A stretch of 63,859 nucleotides of DNA, the filler included, from Folioceros fuciformis (taxonomy: Eukaryota), in the NCBI GenBank assembly GCA_049999805.1. It is 3 parts of 2 records of this genome, joined end to end, with 100 filler letters (N's around TTAATTAATTAA, not from the genome) between each part and the next. Parts side by side here need not be neighbours in the genome. Positions count along the whole stretch, not along the records: positions 1 to 28,891 come from JBNGIO010005969.1; 2 more parts are not named here. One strand, written 5' to 3'. A model generated the notes under the pieces. The model was not told the origin of the DNA. It saw nothing but the letters and a program-made list of their open reading frames with translations, and did not search any database. Every line of letters starts with the position of its first letter. Within the stretch, counting starts at the first letter, position 1. A program made the translations under genes and the position numbers. Below are positions 1 to 13,729 of this stretch, piece after piece.

Positions 1-1189
1 CTTAGCAGCTTGTAGCTGCCATGGTGCAAGGGTGCGCTCTCTGAGTATCATGCTTGTGTATTGGAGACGAAGTCAGCATTCCCCTCTCTCATGGTGCTCA
101 TACCCTGTACATATGCAAGCAGGGGGTCCCCCTTTGTATTGTAAGTGGAAGATTCCTTCCATCAACTTAATCATAATCCTTTTCCTCGCGAAAAAAGCTC
201 TCGACCACCCTTAGGAGCTTCTCGCACACACTACCCACCCAGACCAGACGTCTCCAATCCAGCCACAGGCAATGGGGGGATCTCATCCGGGAAGTTGTCT
301 AATTAGAGAGGCACCAACAGGCCTCTTTATACAAAGTTTGCATAGTGGGTGTCACAAACCGCCATAAAGTCTGCGTCTAAAAACAGTCAACTTGAAAGGT
401 GCCCTTAATTACGGGCGGCATTAGGTCTAAGATAGCATGCAATCAAATCTTATCTAAATTGTATTTTTAAGATGCAATAACTCCTAGCCTACCTTAGCAC
501 CACGCTCTCCTCCTATCCGTTCTTTTGGCCCTTTTTCCTCTGCCTCCAAATTACCGGGCTCTCCTTCCATGCTGCTAATCAGGAAAATTCTCCCATAAAA
601 TTTTCACCTCACTTCTGCTGTTGGCTAACTTATCTTGGCTGGGCAAGGATAGGGCCTGCCTTGGGGTCCTCTCCTCCTCTACTAGCCTAAATTTAGAACC
701 AAAGGCTGCTGACTTTAGAAGGGCGCCATGGTAGAATAGTTGTCTTTTTTAGACTTTGAAAGGCTGCAAAAGTAATGGTGCTACAAGTCTCGATGTATAG
801 GAGACCTTGTTGTGTCTCTCTCATTAGACAATTTCAAGTGTGAGCTTCTGTGTGTTGAATTTGTGCTTTATGGGTTGGAGTCATCCGATCGATGAAGGCC
901 TAATTCGGTGTGTTGTCCTCTCGTCACAAGAGGACCAAGAAGATTTGTGGGTGGTCGAGAGCTGTGTGACCAAGTTCCGTGAATGGGGTGACTAGTGGAG
1001 AAGGGTGCTCTACACCAGTGAGGAAGAGAAAGTTTTGCAGAAGCTCAGGGTGGGAACACGGTTTTGCGAAACCTATGGAAAGTCGGGAGGGAGCGTGATT
1101 TTGCAAAACTCCTATGGACCCGTTTGGCTGCCATTTTTTTTCCTTTCTCACTCCGTTGTCTAACCACGCCATGTTTAATCTAAGGAGAG

Positions 1190-1330
1190 GCATGTGTGGC
1201 CTGCGAGGGGACTGTGTGTCTTAAGGAGAAGCCTGTGAAGGGACTGTGTGTCCCAAGGAGAGGCCTGTGTGGCCTGTGAGGGGAATCTATGTCCCGAGGA
1301 GTGGCCTATGAGGGGACTTTGTGTCCCAAG
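1190..1330. repeat. Short degenerate tandem repeat (~30-40 bp unit, ~4 copies) in probable decayed TE sequence
   Basis: Recurrent GGCCTGTGAGGGGACTGTGTGTCCCAAGGAG-like units at ~1197, 1231, 1271 and 1303. Confidence 0.6.
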
Positions 1331-4300
1331 GAAAGAAATTTGGTGCATGTTGAAGTGTGAGTGTCTGGGATTGTGCAGTGCTAAGAAAGATTGGTCATAG
1401 ATTGTGTGGAGAATCAGTGAGAATCAGTGACAAAGTGAAGTGCCTTGGCATGTAAGATCTTAGGGTGCATCCACTAGAGAGATCTAAGTGAAAAATCATG
1501 TGAGTGTGGCTTGCTGTGCATGGGAATCAGTATGGACAGGCCATAGCTCCCTAACATGTGTGACAGGAAGACCTGCGTCATCTAGACACCATGGCATGCG
1601 CGTGCGCCGAATGGCTGGGTCCCACGACGATGACTGAATCCACTACCACAATGGCGGAGCCTATTGCAGTGGTAGAACCTGCTACGGTGGCGGAGCTAGG
1701 AACGATGGTGGAGGATTCGAGTACGGTGGTGGAGTATGTTTGGGTAGGGCTGACTGTAGGAAGTCTAGAAGTCATAGAATTAGAGCAACTGGACACAAAC
1801 CATTCCCTTGGGATCGAATCCTAGGACTACAATGATGTGGAGGATGAATGTGGACCTCCTTGTGTCCTTAGACAGAGAGTTTCACTCCACTATATGCCAT
1901 ATTCATATCTCTTGCAGCGATTGCTCCTGAACTGAGAAAGGCCCGTGAAAAAGTAGAATCGTGAATGATGTGAAAGGAACAAGTGAAAGGGAGGCATCCA
2001 GGTTTGAGAACGTTTTTCTCCCTTACATGATGGAGGATGTCTGTTGTGGGATTTTCCTTTAAACAACAATCTATTCATCTTATGCGCCACGCCACGGCGA
2101 CTATGAGTGGTGTACTCCGAATGAATTTTAACACCTTTCCTCCGTCCTATGTGTTATGCCATACATCACCCACATACATGTAATGTCATAGTGTCTGTAC
2201 TATGCCTCTGCATATGAACTTACTACACACACCATACTGAACACATCAACTTACTTCACCCTACGGCACAGAATTTGGCAAGGAATACGTGTTGTCAGAG
2301 ACTCCCAACGACATTCCTTCCACATCGGGGGACAGGTCCAAAATGCGTTACGGACGACCAGTTCCATGCTTTTATTACAGTCACATGTGTCATGTCGGAG
2401 CCTACAAGCCAGGTACTGGCCAGAGTGTGCTTGGTTCCGACCAGCAGCGATCTACTTCTTGGTCTTCACGGTGTTTGGACAGTTCGCCTATCATACTGCT
2501 CTACAAGCCTCTTCGATGGTGCGCCAGGTTTCAAGGTAAGGTAGCAGCTGGAACGACTGGGTGGTCAGAGCAGCCGCAGCAGCTGGAGACAAGCCAGCAG
2601 CCAGCTTGGCCCACCATGGTTCTATCCCATGCTCGGAGAAAACAGCGCGATCCACTTGCAGTATCGCCGGTGAGTGCAATTCGATCCCGGGGAAGGGTGC
2701 AGAAAGAAACACGATCACGTTGAACTTCATCCCCTCCAGTGGGTGGGACAACAGAACGGCTGCGATGTCTGGCCGGAAACCACCAATACTATCACCAGCT
2801 TGTAGTCTGCTTCGAACTCCGCGGCTGGTAGCCTTCTTGGAGCTCTGATTAGCCGATGCTCCATCTCGCTTAGCTAGAACATACACATTGCGGACTCACT
2901 ATGAAGTGAATTCTGGGGAATCGCATGTGCTTCAACGCGGAGGGCACCTCCGTGATGGCTGGAAATGTCCGAAGAACAGCGGCTCCTGAGCAAAACCTCC
3001 AAACCTCTAGCTGACTCACTACTTCAGCACGTGAACTATGCAAAATTTGGAAACTTAAAGGTATTGAGTGACAAAGGTAGGACAGAAAGTGTACAAAACT
3101 GATCGTCCTGGGTCCCCACGTCAAGAAGAATTGAGTTGTTTGAGGTCAGCTTAACGTACAACTCCCAGAAGATGACATGATCGAGGGCAACCTCTCAACG
3201 GCTGTACGGCTGTAGGCTCTATTCTTTTGACATAGGAACAGATCATGGTAGAAGTAGTGTCACTGTGTCTGAAGATGGTCATTGAAGACTATGAACAGGT
3301 ATGAAACATCAGCAGAAACAAACACGAGCAACAAACTAACCGCCGGTCCCATTCCTTCTACGTTTCAGCAATCTGCCATTTGGACTGGCAGCAGGGCATG
3401 GTCATGACTTTTATGGTGTCTGCCTCGTCACGTCGGCATATTGAAGACGGGAGACTCTCGGTTACTTGCAGCTTTTACTGCGACCTGGGTGACAATTGTG
3501 GTAGCCTACAGGACTTCCACTTCATTGTGTGACATTTGTGGGTGTCTTGCATGTGTGTTGACATCCTGAGACTGCCCCCCATATAGGACAATGTAGTAGC
3601 AGCCTCCAGGCACTTGTATACGAGTAGTCATCTGCTTCGGAACGAAGAGTGTGCTTCTGGACACTTGGTTTGGACAGTGAGTGCCTCGACTTAGCACGTT
3701 GAATCAACGAAGTGTCACACCCACAGCGAAGGATCACCCAGGTCGGTGGTTGTTTGTTATACATGTTCATGACTCCAGGGGCAAATCCATAAAAGTTGGA
3801 TAGAACTGCACACATGCTCAGGTCTCAGCAAGCCGAAGAAGTGAAACTGCTGTTTTGAGTGACCAGACCTGCCGAGGCTCCTAGATGTTGGCTGTAGCGT
3901 GGGACTCACCGTTTGGCCCTCCTCGTCTTCCCAGAGGATATGCTGTGTAGACTCTGGCCTTCGCTTTGGAAGCTCGGTTTCCTCCTCATTCTGTTGTCAC
4001 AGTGCCCTTTTGCTGAATACCAAGGGCGTGTGTTTGTCTGCTGGAACAAACTACTTTACACCTCCGACTATGGTACTTCAGCTCCAGAAAGCTACGATCC
4101 AAAAACGAAAAGCTCTATACAATCTCGTACTTCATTACAAGAAGGCATGACTAGGAAACGTAAATGAAGCCTCAGATTGAAGCTGGCGTCTGAACTAGGA
4201 GGGAATAGTGTAAAAGTAGTTAGGAAGAGCGCAGAAACTTTGTCCGAGACGAGAAATAAGCTGACAATGAACTGCCATGATGAATGTGCCCAACTGGTGA

Positions 4301-6499
4301 CCGGTGATGGGGAGAGAAGTCTTCCCTGTCTGTACGGCACCAGTTAAGAAAAAGCGTGATTCTATCCTGTTCAGGAACGGGAAAGTTGCTAGTACGTTCA
4401 CGCAGGCAAGGGAACGAAGAGGACATGAAAGGAGCTTTCTTTGCAGACGGGAGAACGACGACATAAAGGTGACTGGAAGACAATACTTGCAACTTTGACG
4501 ACTTCCTTGGGACACAGGCGTACGCCAAATCAATGCGCGAAATGCTGTCGATCGACCAAAGAGACGACGCGGTGATACAGCTAGTGCCTGGAAAGGCACA
4601 ATTGGCGCTCTTTCCAGAAGAACCTGGTCGTCACCTTCGAAAGGGAAGATGGATGGCAATTCTGGATGCAGTTGCACCCGGTTGGAGGGCTACATACGAG
4701 ATGCAGTTTCACCTCCGTTTGCTTATCACAGAACAAAAGTTGTTAGTGCCTCCTCTGCCGTTTTCCAGCTCGCCGTCTGACCAGCATAGTGTGCACCACC
4801 ACGGATGGTAACCAGAGTGGGAGGACTGGTGTGATGACAACTAACGGTGAAGAACTCCGACACACAAGGCTTGTGCTCACTCCACAACGTACTCGATGAA
4901 GTGAAGCTTGCACCACCATAGACAGACCATTCCCGCAACCATGTGTGCTTCTGCTGAGATGAAGGAGGGGCTGTGGAACACAGTAGGAGTACATATCGAG
5001 AAAGCCTTCAACCTGGCGAGATCATCCAATTCCTTACCACGCAAGTCTGCGCCCATACAACAAAAACTTTCCGCGACATGATGGTGGAGTGGCATGGGAA
5101 GGAATCCACCAGCAGTTACCACGTAGTATTGCGGGCACGGACAACTCCCTTCCATACATCGTCAGAAATGGCGGCGGTCGGAGATGGCACTCGTGAGAAT
5201 TTGGGTAGAAGCGGAGAGAAGGGCGAGGATAGAGGAGCAAGGCGGTGCCCTCCTTGTCTCGGTTCCTGAATCGCAACACAAACTTGCATGTCCATCCCAT
5301 CACCGCCACTGGAGCCATTGACTCTCTCTCTTGTCATTATTATCGTCTTATATAAATAAAAATAATGTATCAATTATAATTTATAAGCATTCGTACCGAG
5401 TCGCGTGCAACAATCCTGCCTGGTTGAAGACGAATCTCGGCCCAGATCTGAAGACCAGATTTCCCTGTTAAGAGTTTGAGTCATTAGTCTTGTGTTGCGG
5501 CACAAAACAGCACAAGTTGCGGAACCGCACTCAAAGAGGCACCATCTCTACGTCCTCCTGATGCCGGTTCCGGAGCATGACAGGGTCCTCCAGCCAGCAT
5601 AGCATTGTACACATCCTGTACACCTATGCAAAGGAAAATTGAACGTGAAGGGAGCAGAAGCTGAGCCCCACTTCACGACGGCTAATGTAACAGGGCCCTG
5701 CCACCAACACCAGAGCAATTCAGCTCCCTGATCCCAAGCAGAAGATGGAAGCAAGCAGGGTTATGAGTTCTCACCTTGGCCCCGACTCCACGACCTGGAA
5801 AGCGGTCCCCACAGCTTCAGCAAACCGGCCGAACTTGACCGCGTACCACAATCCATTCAGAGCCTTGGTGGAGCAGCTAAGATGGCTGAGAGCAGCCCGT
5901 AGTGAGGCGCAGGAGCTGCTAGAGGATCTGCGGTGCCGTTCCCCAGAGCAAAATCCTCAGAATTGAACGGCAAGGGCGACGCAGGGATGGCCGGCCAAAG
6001 TTCCCAAGATTTAGCCATGCCTACAGCGGATACTGAACTGTTGCGTCCAGTTCAGGAACAAAAGCATGCTCCCGTCGCAGCTCCTCCACTTCCAGGAGCC
6101 CGGCCAAGTTCGTAGCCCAAACTCCAAATCCTAATTCCATGTGCATGAAAGGACCGAGCTCGATTGAGAGAGGAAGGCGCAGTCTGTGATCGGAGCCCGA
6201 GGCTCCCGTAACCTGCTAGGCGTGAGGTTGATGACACTGTCGGGTTAGAGAAGAGAACAGTGATCGGGATGACATCTAGTAGCGTCTCATATTAACACAC
6301 ATGTTGAAACCTCAATTCCTCCAAGCTATAATTTTATTTTTCAGTTTTATTTGCTATCCTACTCTTCACTTCTTTTTTTTACACAAGTCTAAATAACTGT
6401 TCAGATGGCATTTTCAACATTCCTTAGGTTTTTCCAACACATGTTCATACGATATTTTCTAGCATATTTGGCATTTCATTGGTAAGTTTTATTTCAATG

Positions 6500-9400
6500 T
6501 GGATATTTTTTATGATTGAAAAAGAGATGGAAAGTCCCATCTACTCCAAAGATTGGAGGAATAATCCCATTAGGGCCAAAGGCAAAAAGAGGTACTCTCC
6601 CCTACAAATATCGTTTTCAAAAACTACCTACTACTCCCAAAATGTCATGATGTGGAATAACAAAAGNNNNNNNNNNAAAACTACCTACTACTCCCAAAAT
6701 GTCATGATGTGGAATAACAAAAGGCCTATCTACCACCGGTGCTGAAGAAGCTGCTTGACCTGTGCTTGTTGCTATTCTAAAAACTGCATTGTCCAACGCT
6801 CGTTGCAAAGCAATGGATACACGTTGTCGAAAGAAGGCCACCACAGAAGAAAGAGGGAGAACACCATTCCTATTGCTATAATAAACCTTGGCGCACTCCT
6901 TGATAAACCTTGAAAAGTCCTTGCCCATTGCTCTATGAGTCACAAGAGCAAGGGGGATGAAAGTATGCCCGTCTTGCAAGGGAGAATACTTATGAACTTT
7001 GGCACTTGCACAACCCTCTGCTGCCCAACCAGGGGGGTTGATGATCACGTGCTCACAAATCGAATCCATAGTAGGATCCGTAACAACCACATCAGCAACA
7101 CAAACCTGTTCTCCCCTATTGAAGAAAAGGTCGGCTCTAAGTGAAACCCCATTGTGCAAAGTATATGGACGCTCCCTATACGGAAGAAACCCACACTCCC
7201 TAGCCATTGAGAACATGACATCTCGAACTGTATCATGAGTGGCAATGCGATGCCCCCCGACGGGACAACGTGCCAAATGGGACCTTGCATCAACAATGGC
7301 AACCCCACAACTGCATGTAGAGAGAGAAAAAGCCAAGGGGTGGGCCAAACCTAAGCGAAATCTCATCGCGGTGGCGAAAGTTGCTGGTGCAATTCGAAAC
7401 ACCTAGATGCAAGGTCGAGCTAAAAGCCAATAGCCCGCTCCTTTACCTGAACAAGATCGAATACGAGCTCAAGAAGACCTAGGAATGGATGAGTCTAAAA
7501 GAAGGGCTCTTAGTGCTTGGCCATATTGCTTTTCTAAGAGGGAGGCTTGGAGACCCTTCAACCCTTCCCTAGAAAAGGAGGTGAAAGGAGGTAGAGTCTC
7601 ACGAGCCTCCATAGGTAGAGAATCCCTCGCTTGCCTAAGAGATACCTGTAAAGGGAAAACGCCCTCCTCAAGACTTGAAATAAAACTTTCAAGAACAGGG
7701 GAATCTTGTAGCAAAAAACGAGAGGCCAAAATTGAAGCTGAGAGAGCCCAGCTGCCGAGAAAGGCAACTGGGGCAGAGGACTCCATGGCCAAAAGACCAA
7801 CCCCTCCAAAGGCAACTGGCAAAGAAGCTTGCTTCCGAGCCAAATCACCGACAGCACACTTGAAGGCGCCCGAACCTATGATGTTCCCAATAGCCTGCAT
7901 AACTTGATGGTCAAACTTCCTAAGACTTGATAAGAAAAATGGAGAAGGCACAACAGTTCTAGTGAGGTAACCTGGTCACCGTGCAAAACAAGAAGAAAGG
8001 ATACCAAACGCAATCTGAGAATCACCGATTTTTGAGAGGTTCATGATATGAGCCAGACCTTCATCCAATGCTTTATCCACAAACCTATGAACAAAATCAG
8101 GAGGTCCCACAGGCACACCCAAGACTTGAAGTCCCTGCGAGGGGGTGATATCTCCCCCCAAATATTAAAGGGGAGGAGTGATGCTTGAAGGGGACCAAAC
8201 CCTGCATTTAGATAGCTTGACCCGCAACCCCACCTTGGAGAGCTCTCATGAGAAGAAATCAAATGTTGCTTTGACTATGACTCCTTGCCCAAGAATATGA
8301 GTGTCATTAGCCACGGAAGGGAAAAGGCATTCCCGAAATGCTAAGGCAGTAGAGGACAACACACGAAAATGCGCCATTGCAAAAAGAGCACCCCCCAGCG
8401 GATCCCCTTACCTTGTGCCTATTGCTGAATCAAAAACTGAGACCCCTTAATAGTCGGGCCGTGTTGGTAGGAGAGCTTGGATGGCAAGCCATAGAAGGAG
8501 CGAACAAAAGGGATAAGACTTGTCAATTGACCTCCTGCACTCTTGAGCTCCGAGAAGATGGCAACCCTAGAGACAGTGTTGAAAGCATTCTCAATATCAA
8601 TCTGCAAAGCTACCCAGTGAGGATGTAACTCACGGGCCGCCTGGATGCCGAGAGCGGCAGATTCACACCCACCTGGGGTAGCAATCCCAAATTGGTGGGG
8701 TGGAAGATGCGCTTGGAAGTAATCCCAAAGTTGAATTGCGATACTTTGGCTGATAAGGCATAAAAATACCTCCCCCACAACACACTCCTGAGGTGGGCTT
8801 TTCCAATACAAGTAGCCTACTAGCCACCAAAACTTAAGAGATTCCATTGGGAACTTCGCCCCTGGCCACAGCAGCTGCTACTGTATAAAGCTCCGAAAAA
8901 CCACTTGAGGGATCCTCAGGAGAAAAATATTCTCGAAAATGGTCATAAACTATGCCAGACAAACCCCCTGCAGAAAGTCGCGGCGCAGAAGAGAGTGCAT
9001 GCCCAAAAACAACCCTATCCAAGCAAAAAGGCTCCTCGACCTTGTGGTCAAGAAGATCTTGCGGTATACTGTCATGAGGTTCTGGATGAAGGGCACGAAG
9101 TAGAGCAATGGTGTCCTCAATTGTAGATGCAGCCGGCTCTGGGCGCAATGCTCTAGCAACCCGAGCATATTCACCAATCCCTGCCCAACATGAGAAACCG
9201 CTTGAGACGTGCTTTAAATGGGTCATGGCATACCTTGTCAACCTTAGCTGACTCCAATCGAGATTTTGCTACTAGTAAATCCTCCTCCTGAAGAGCTTGC
9301 CAATCTCTGGATCGAAAACGGTGTAGTTGAGAGACCACCTCCCTATGACCTGACGGACCACCCCGAGAGCGCCGAAGGCACCATCTAGGCAGGAAAAGGA

Positions 9401-9800
9401 ACAAAATCCAAGCACCCTCATCCCTCGGGTCCTGACCAAGGCAATCCAAGGGAAGACGATAAGCAAGGCGAATATCATCATGTAGGCGCCTAGGAAGACA
9501 TCGGAAGAGGCGAGGACAAGAAAAACGAGCATGGAAAAGAGCCAACAAGTGATCAGATTGCCCTCGAAGCCACAACCAAGCCTCCAGGGACGGCCACAGA
9601 GGATCTGTTAGAAGAGGATTGGCAGCTGGTTCGGAGGAAGAAGCAAGTCGCACTTGTGCCACCCAAGTGGTCCTATCAAAGTCCTTATGCTTGTGACCAA
9701 TATGGCACTTCACCCCCTTGACCCCAGAGCAAAGTTGATAAGACATTGGGCAAGGGTGTCCTTGACATGTAAAGGCCGGGTGTCACGTGCCATGTGATAG
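6500..9800 (-). mobile_element. Degenerate CRE-clade non-LTR retrotransposon (C2H2 finger, reverse transcriptase, CCHC and restriction-like endonuclease), broken by stops and frameshifts
   Basis: Collinear minus-strand fragments. N-terminal CPMSYQLC..KCHIGHKH (~9690-9755). RT motifs QFGIATPGGCE, LQIDIENAFNTVSR, GTR*GDPLGGALF (~8400), PSVANDTHILG (YADD position, ~8310) and GLQVLGVPVG. QASLPVAFGGVG. C-terminal RFRLG..CSCG..HLARC, HDTVRD, RADL..ADVVV..K.HKY and FFRQRVSIALQR. A-rich 3' end near 6500-6520. Confidence 0.9.
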
Positions 9801-9859
9801 AGGCATGTAGAAAGTCTTGTAAAATGATCAAAACCAAACAATTGTACTCCTCATTATAA

Positions 9860-10360
9860 CCCATAACCCTATAATGCCCTCCATATGCTCCACTCTAAGC
9901 TGCTCAACCCTAGACCCATTTTGCTCCACAATGTTTATAAAACCCTAAACCCACTTTTCTCCATTGTGTCACTAAACCCTAAACCTATTCAGTTATGCTA
10001 TGTCACTAAACCCTAAACCCATTTTTTCTCCATAATGCTGATAAAACCCTAATCCATTTTTCTCCACCATGTCACTACACCCTAAACCCACTCCACTCTG
10101 CCATGCGGCTAAACCCTAAACCTATTTTGCTCCATCATGTCGCTAAACCCTAAACCTATTTTTCTTCGCAATGCCCCTAAACCCTACATCCATTCTCCTC
10201 CGCCATGCCCTAAATCCATTTTGCTGCTGCCATGCTTGTAAATTGTAAACCTTGTTGCTCTGCCATGCCAATAAACCCTAATCTCATTCTGCTATGTCAT
10301 TTTACTAAACACCAAACTCATTCCGCTTTGCCTTGCCGCTAAACCCTAAACCTTACTTGA
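9860..10360. repeat. ~34-bp degenerate tandem array, most units carrying plant telomeric CTAAACCCTAAACC
   Basis: AACCCTAAAC-type motif at ~9941, 9975, 10009, 10045, 10078, 10112, 10146 and further copies to ~10345. Confidence 0.85.
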
Positions 10361-11384
10361 TTGCTCCACGATATCGGTATACCATTCCTACAAGCAATTC
10401 TACACCACTCATACTGTTTTTATATTGCTCCTCTAATATACCATCACATGGCCCTCTCCCCTCTGGTTGTCTTGGGCCATTCTCTATAACACTCTTGGGT
10501 ATATGGCCACACCCTTCCACCATGGTGCACCACACCATACTACTCCACCGTTCCGCCCTACGCCACACCATTCCACCCTATATTGCTCCATCATTCTGCC
10601 TTAGGCCACCACGCCGCTTCACAGTAGTGCATCATTCCCCCCTCAGTTTTATTTCACACATATTGATTTAACATTGATCATTACATGTTCTATCAATTAA
10701 ATATCTTTGTGACTTAAAAAAAAAATGATGGTAAACATTTTTTTGCAACATAGACTTTTGGGCATATATTGAAACAATGCAACAAAAGCCATTGATTTTT
10801 ACTATTGAATGTGCCTTGTGGTCATCACCTAAGGGGGTGTGACTCTTGGTGTGTTTAGCCTATACTAACCAACTTAGAATGATGTTCTAATACTCCTCAT
10901 CAACCTAAACTTGTTAATGGTAGTTTACTATGATAATGTGAAAGGCTACAAACACCTTGAAGAGCTATACAAGCTAGATGTGTTAGATCACAAGACAAAC
11001 TCTTAGTTAATATATTTGCTCCCATGAGGTTTGTTGGGCTGAACTAAAGGCAATGACCTTAAATGAGCACTTTCCATACACATAATCATATTGAAGATCA
11101 ATATGCTTGGACCTAGTACTAAATTTTGGGTTTACAAAAACCCAAAATTTTGAGTATACAAAACAAATACACATATAGCCAGTCTTTCAAAACTTAACAA
11201 TTTTTTAGAACTATTTATAAAAAAACATATTTAAATAAACATTGAACAATATTGAACAGGGGTAATTTTTTTCACAAATTTTACTTGTCTCCAAAAAGTA
11301 GAGAATGTCTTATATGAAGAATGTCTCTAAGAAGTTCCTATAGCTAGTCATGATGCAAGTTCCCATTCATCGTCCCTCCTTCCA

Positions 11385-12060
11385 CTATCATCTAAATCTT
11401 CCCCAAGGGAAAGGTCTTTGCACTATCATCAAAATCTTCCCAAGGGAAGGGTCTTTGCACCATCATCAAAATCTTCCCTAAGGGAAGGCTCCTTGCACAT
11501 CATCAAAATCTTCCCTAAGAGAAGGCTCCTTGCACATCATCAAAACCTTCCTTCATAGAAGGCTCCNNNNNNNNNNCTCCTTGCACATCATCAAAACCTT
11601 CCTTCATAGAAGGCTCCTTGCACCATCATCAAAATCTTCCTTAAGGGAAGGCTCCTTGCACATCATTAAAATCTACCCTAAGGGAAGGCTCCTTGCACAT
11701 CATCAAAATCTTCCTTCATAGAAGGTTCCTTGCACCATCATCAAAATCTTCCCCGGGAAGGCTCCTTGCACCATCGTCAAAATCTTCCCTGATGGAAGGC
11801 TCCTTACACCATCATCAAAATCTTCCCTCATGGAAGGCTCCTTACACCATCATCAAAATCTTCCCTAAAGGAAGGCTCCTCGCACCATCACCAAAATCTT
11901 CCCCCATGGAAGGCTCCTTGTAGCATCATCAAAGGCTCCTTGCACCATCATCAAAATTTTCCCTCATGGAAGGCTCCTTGCTCCATCATCAAAATCTTCC
12001 CTAAGGGAAGGCTCCTTGCACTATTGTCAAAATCTTCCTTCATGGAAGGCTCCTTGTAGC
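11385..12060. repeat. ~36-39-bp minisatellite with internal palindrome (CTTCCCTAAGGGAAG)
   Basis: Head-to-tail GAAGGCTCCTTGCACCATCATCAAAATCTTCCCTAAGG-like units, roughly 17 copies, with a 10-N gap inside. Confidence 0.9.
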
Positions 12061-12104
12061 CGACGATGAAGCCTCTCTCATATGCATGATTATGATCTTA
12101 CACT

Positions 12105-12390
12105 ATTTGTTGCCTATGACATGTAGTGGTACTTGTTGATTCTTTGTACAAGATTCAAAGGTGCTTCTGTGTATTTGTTGCCTATGACATGTAGTGGTGC
12201 TTGTTGATTCTTTGTACAAGATTCAATGATGCTTGTGCGCATTTGTTGCCTATGACATGTAGTGGTACTTGTTGATTCTTTGTACAAGATTCAATGGTGC
12301 CTGTGTGCATGATTATGATCCTACATTGTTTGTTGCCTATGACATGTAGGGATGCTTGTTGATTCCTTTAAATTAGCTTTGTTGCCTATA
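12105..12390. repeat. ~68-69-bp tandem repeat (~4 copies)
   Basis: TTGTTGCCTATGACATGTAG at ~12107, 12175, 12243 and 12330. Confidence 0.85.
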
Positions 12391-12709
12391 ACATTCAGTG
12401 ATTAATTCTTTAGCTCCATGGATGGATGTATGTACCTTTTGGCTAGATTACAAGTACAAGTTAGGATTAATAGAGATTTGTCTACTTAAATCTCGAAGTA
12501 CCTATACAGCTATTAGGGTATGCTTTTTAGGTATAGCACAAGTTAGAGTTAACAAGGGTTGGAGTTGTAGGAGGTGGAGATGGAGGAGGAGTAATACAAG
12601 AGTAAGAGGACAATCACTTTTGTGATTCCCCTCTTTCTCATATCACAAAGCTGAAAAAGGTGTTTTAGCCAAGAAGGTCTCCAAGAAAACCAAAAGGAAG
12701 CTTTCGGGT

Positions 12710-12907
12710 GCTGGGATCGACAAGATAGTTGAATCAATCAATAATTTTGCAAAGGTATGAGCAAGAGAACATGCGAAGTATGGAGAAAGCCAGTTGGAGA
12801 GTCTTTAAAACATGGAGAAAGCAAGGCTAGAGCAAAGCATGAAGGTGGTTGAACTCTAGCAATTCATGCAAATAGAGCTGGCCAAGCTTGTCGTGCAAGG
12901 CACATAG
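12710..12907 (+). pseudogene. Fragment of a trihelix/Myb-SANT-like C-terminal coiled coil, probably the second gene of the PIF/Harbinger element
   Basis: One frame with stops: AGIDKIVESINNFAKV*AREH..NMEKARLEQSMKVVEL*QFMQIELAKL. Convergent with the Harbinger transposase. Confidence 0.45.
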
Positions 12908-13729
12908 TAGATGGGCAAAACTAGTGATCAGTGTGGTAGCCCTCCAACCATGAGTATCGACTAATCAACACAGCACATACCCTAAGGATAAACGTAAGGA
13001 GGTTAGCAGCACACAATATGCTGAGCACTGGGAAAATGTGGAACTCTCATCTGCATGAAATCTGCTCACTTGTAGGTTTCTTGCAATCGTGGGAACAACT
13101 TGGTTGTTGACAGGCTACCTATGCCAGGTAGCTTGGAGTCGGGTAAGTCACACTGGGCGCTGTGGTGAGACACAGAAACATCAATTCTTGCAACCCTTGA
13201 GCCCAAATCTAGCTGGAGCAACAAAAGCACTAGAGTCTCTAAGATAGCGGCAGACACTCTCCCTTGGCGCAACTTTGACGACTAACTGCCTCCGTCTCTA
13301 TCTCCAGGGTTTAGCGTGGTGGCCATGGCTAGCGTTGGCGATTTTCTGGTGCAAGGCTTGCCGCTCTGAGTCATGATCGTTCGGTTGGGCTCACACTCTT
13401 GATGTGAGCCAACGGGCTTCAACAAGGCAGCTGCAAGCGTGCCCTGATTCGCGTCCTCGAGTTGTCATTTGGTGTGTATTAATTACCGTCCAGCGCTCAC
13501 TAATTGCCAGCATTTAAACGACATTATCCTAAACTAGTCCTTCTTTAAAGGATAATTGTTTCTCGTGGCTTACTCAGCCTTAAGCTCACTTTCGGTATTG
13601 TGACAACTGTCATGTGAGCATCCAAGTGCACAAGGCAAGAAGAGGAGTAATACACGAAAGGGTTTTCGCTAGCTCAACCCCAAACCCTTTTGGTTGATGC
13701 TAGCTATGATATTGTTAGGTTTTTCCACA

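Noticed and set aside
4441-4575. Myb/SANT-like peptide KGDWKTILATLTTSLGHRRTPNQCAKC
   Set aside because: Too short and unsupported by flanking helices, so it could be chance.
6617-6725. Exact ~48-bp duplication at the CRE C-terminus (similar cases at 11567 and 25702)
   Set aside because: The copies flank a 10-N gap and are an unmerged contig-overlap assembly artefact.
9860-10360. True telomere or chromosome end
   Set aside because: The motifs are interspersed in 34-bp units rather than pure (CCCTAAA)n, and ordinary sequence continues on both sides.
11385-12060. Palindromic ~38-bp repeats resembling a CRISPR array
   Set aside because: Units are head-to-tail with no unique spacers, no cas genes are present, and the context is plant nuclear DNA.
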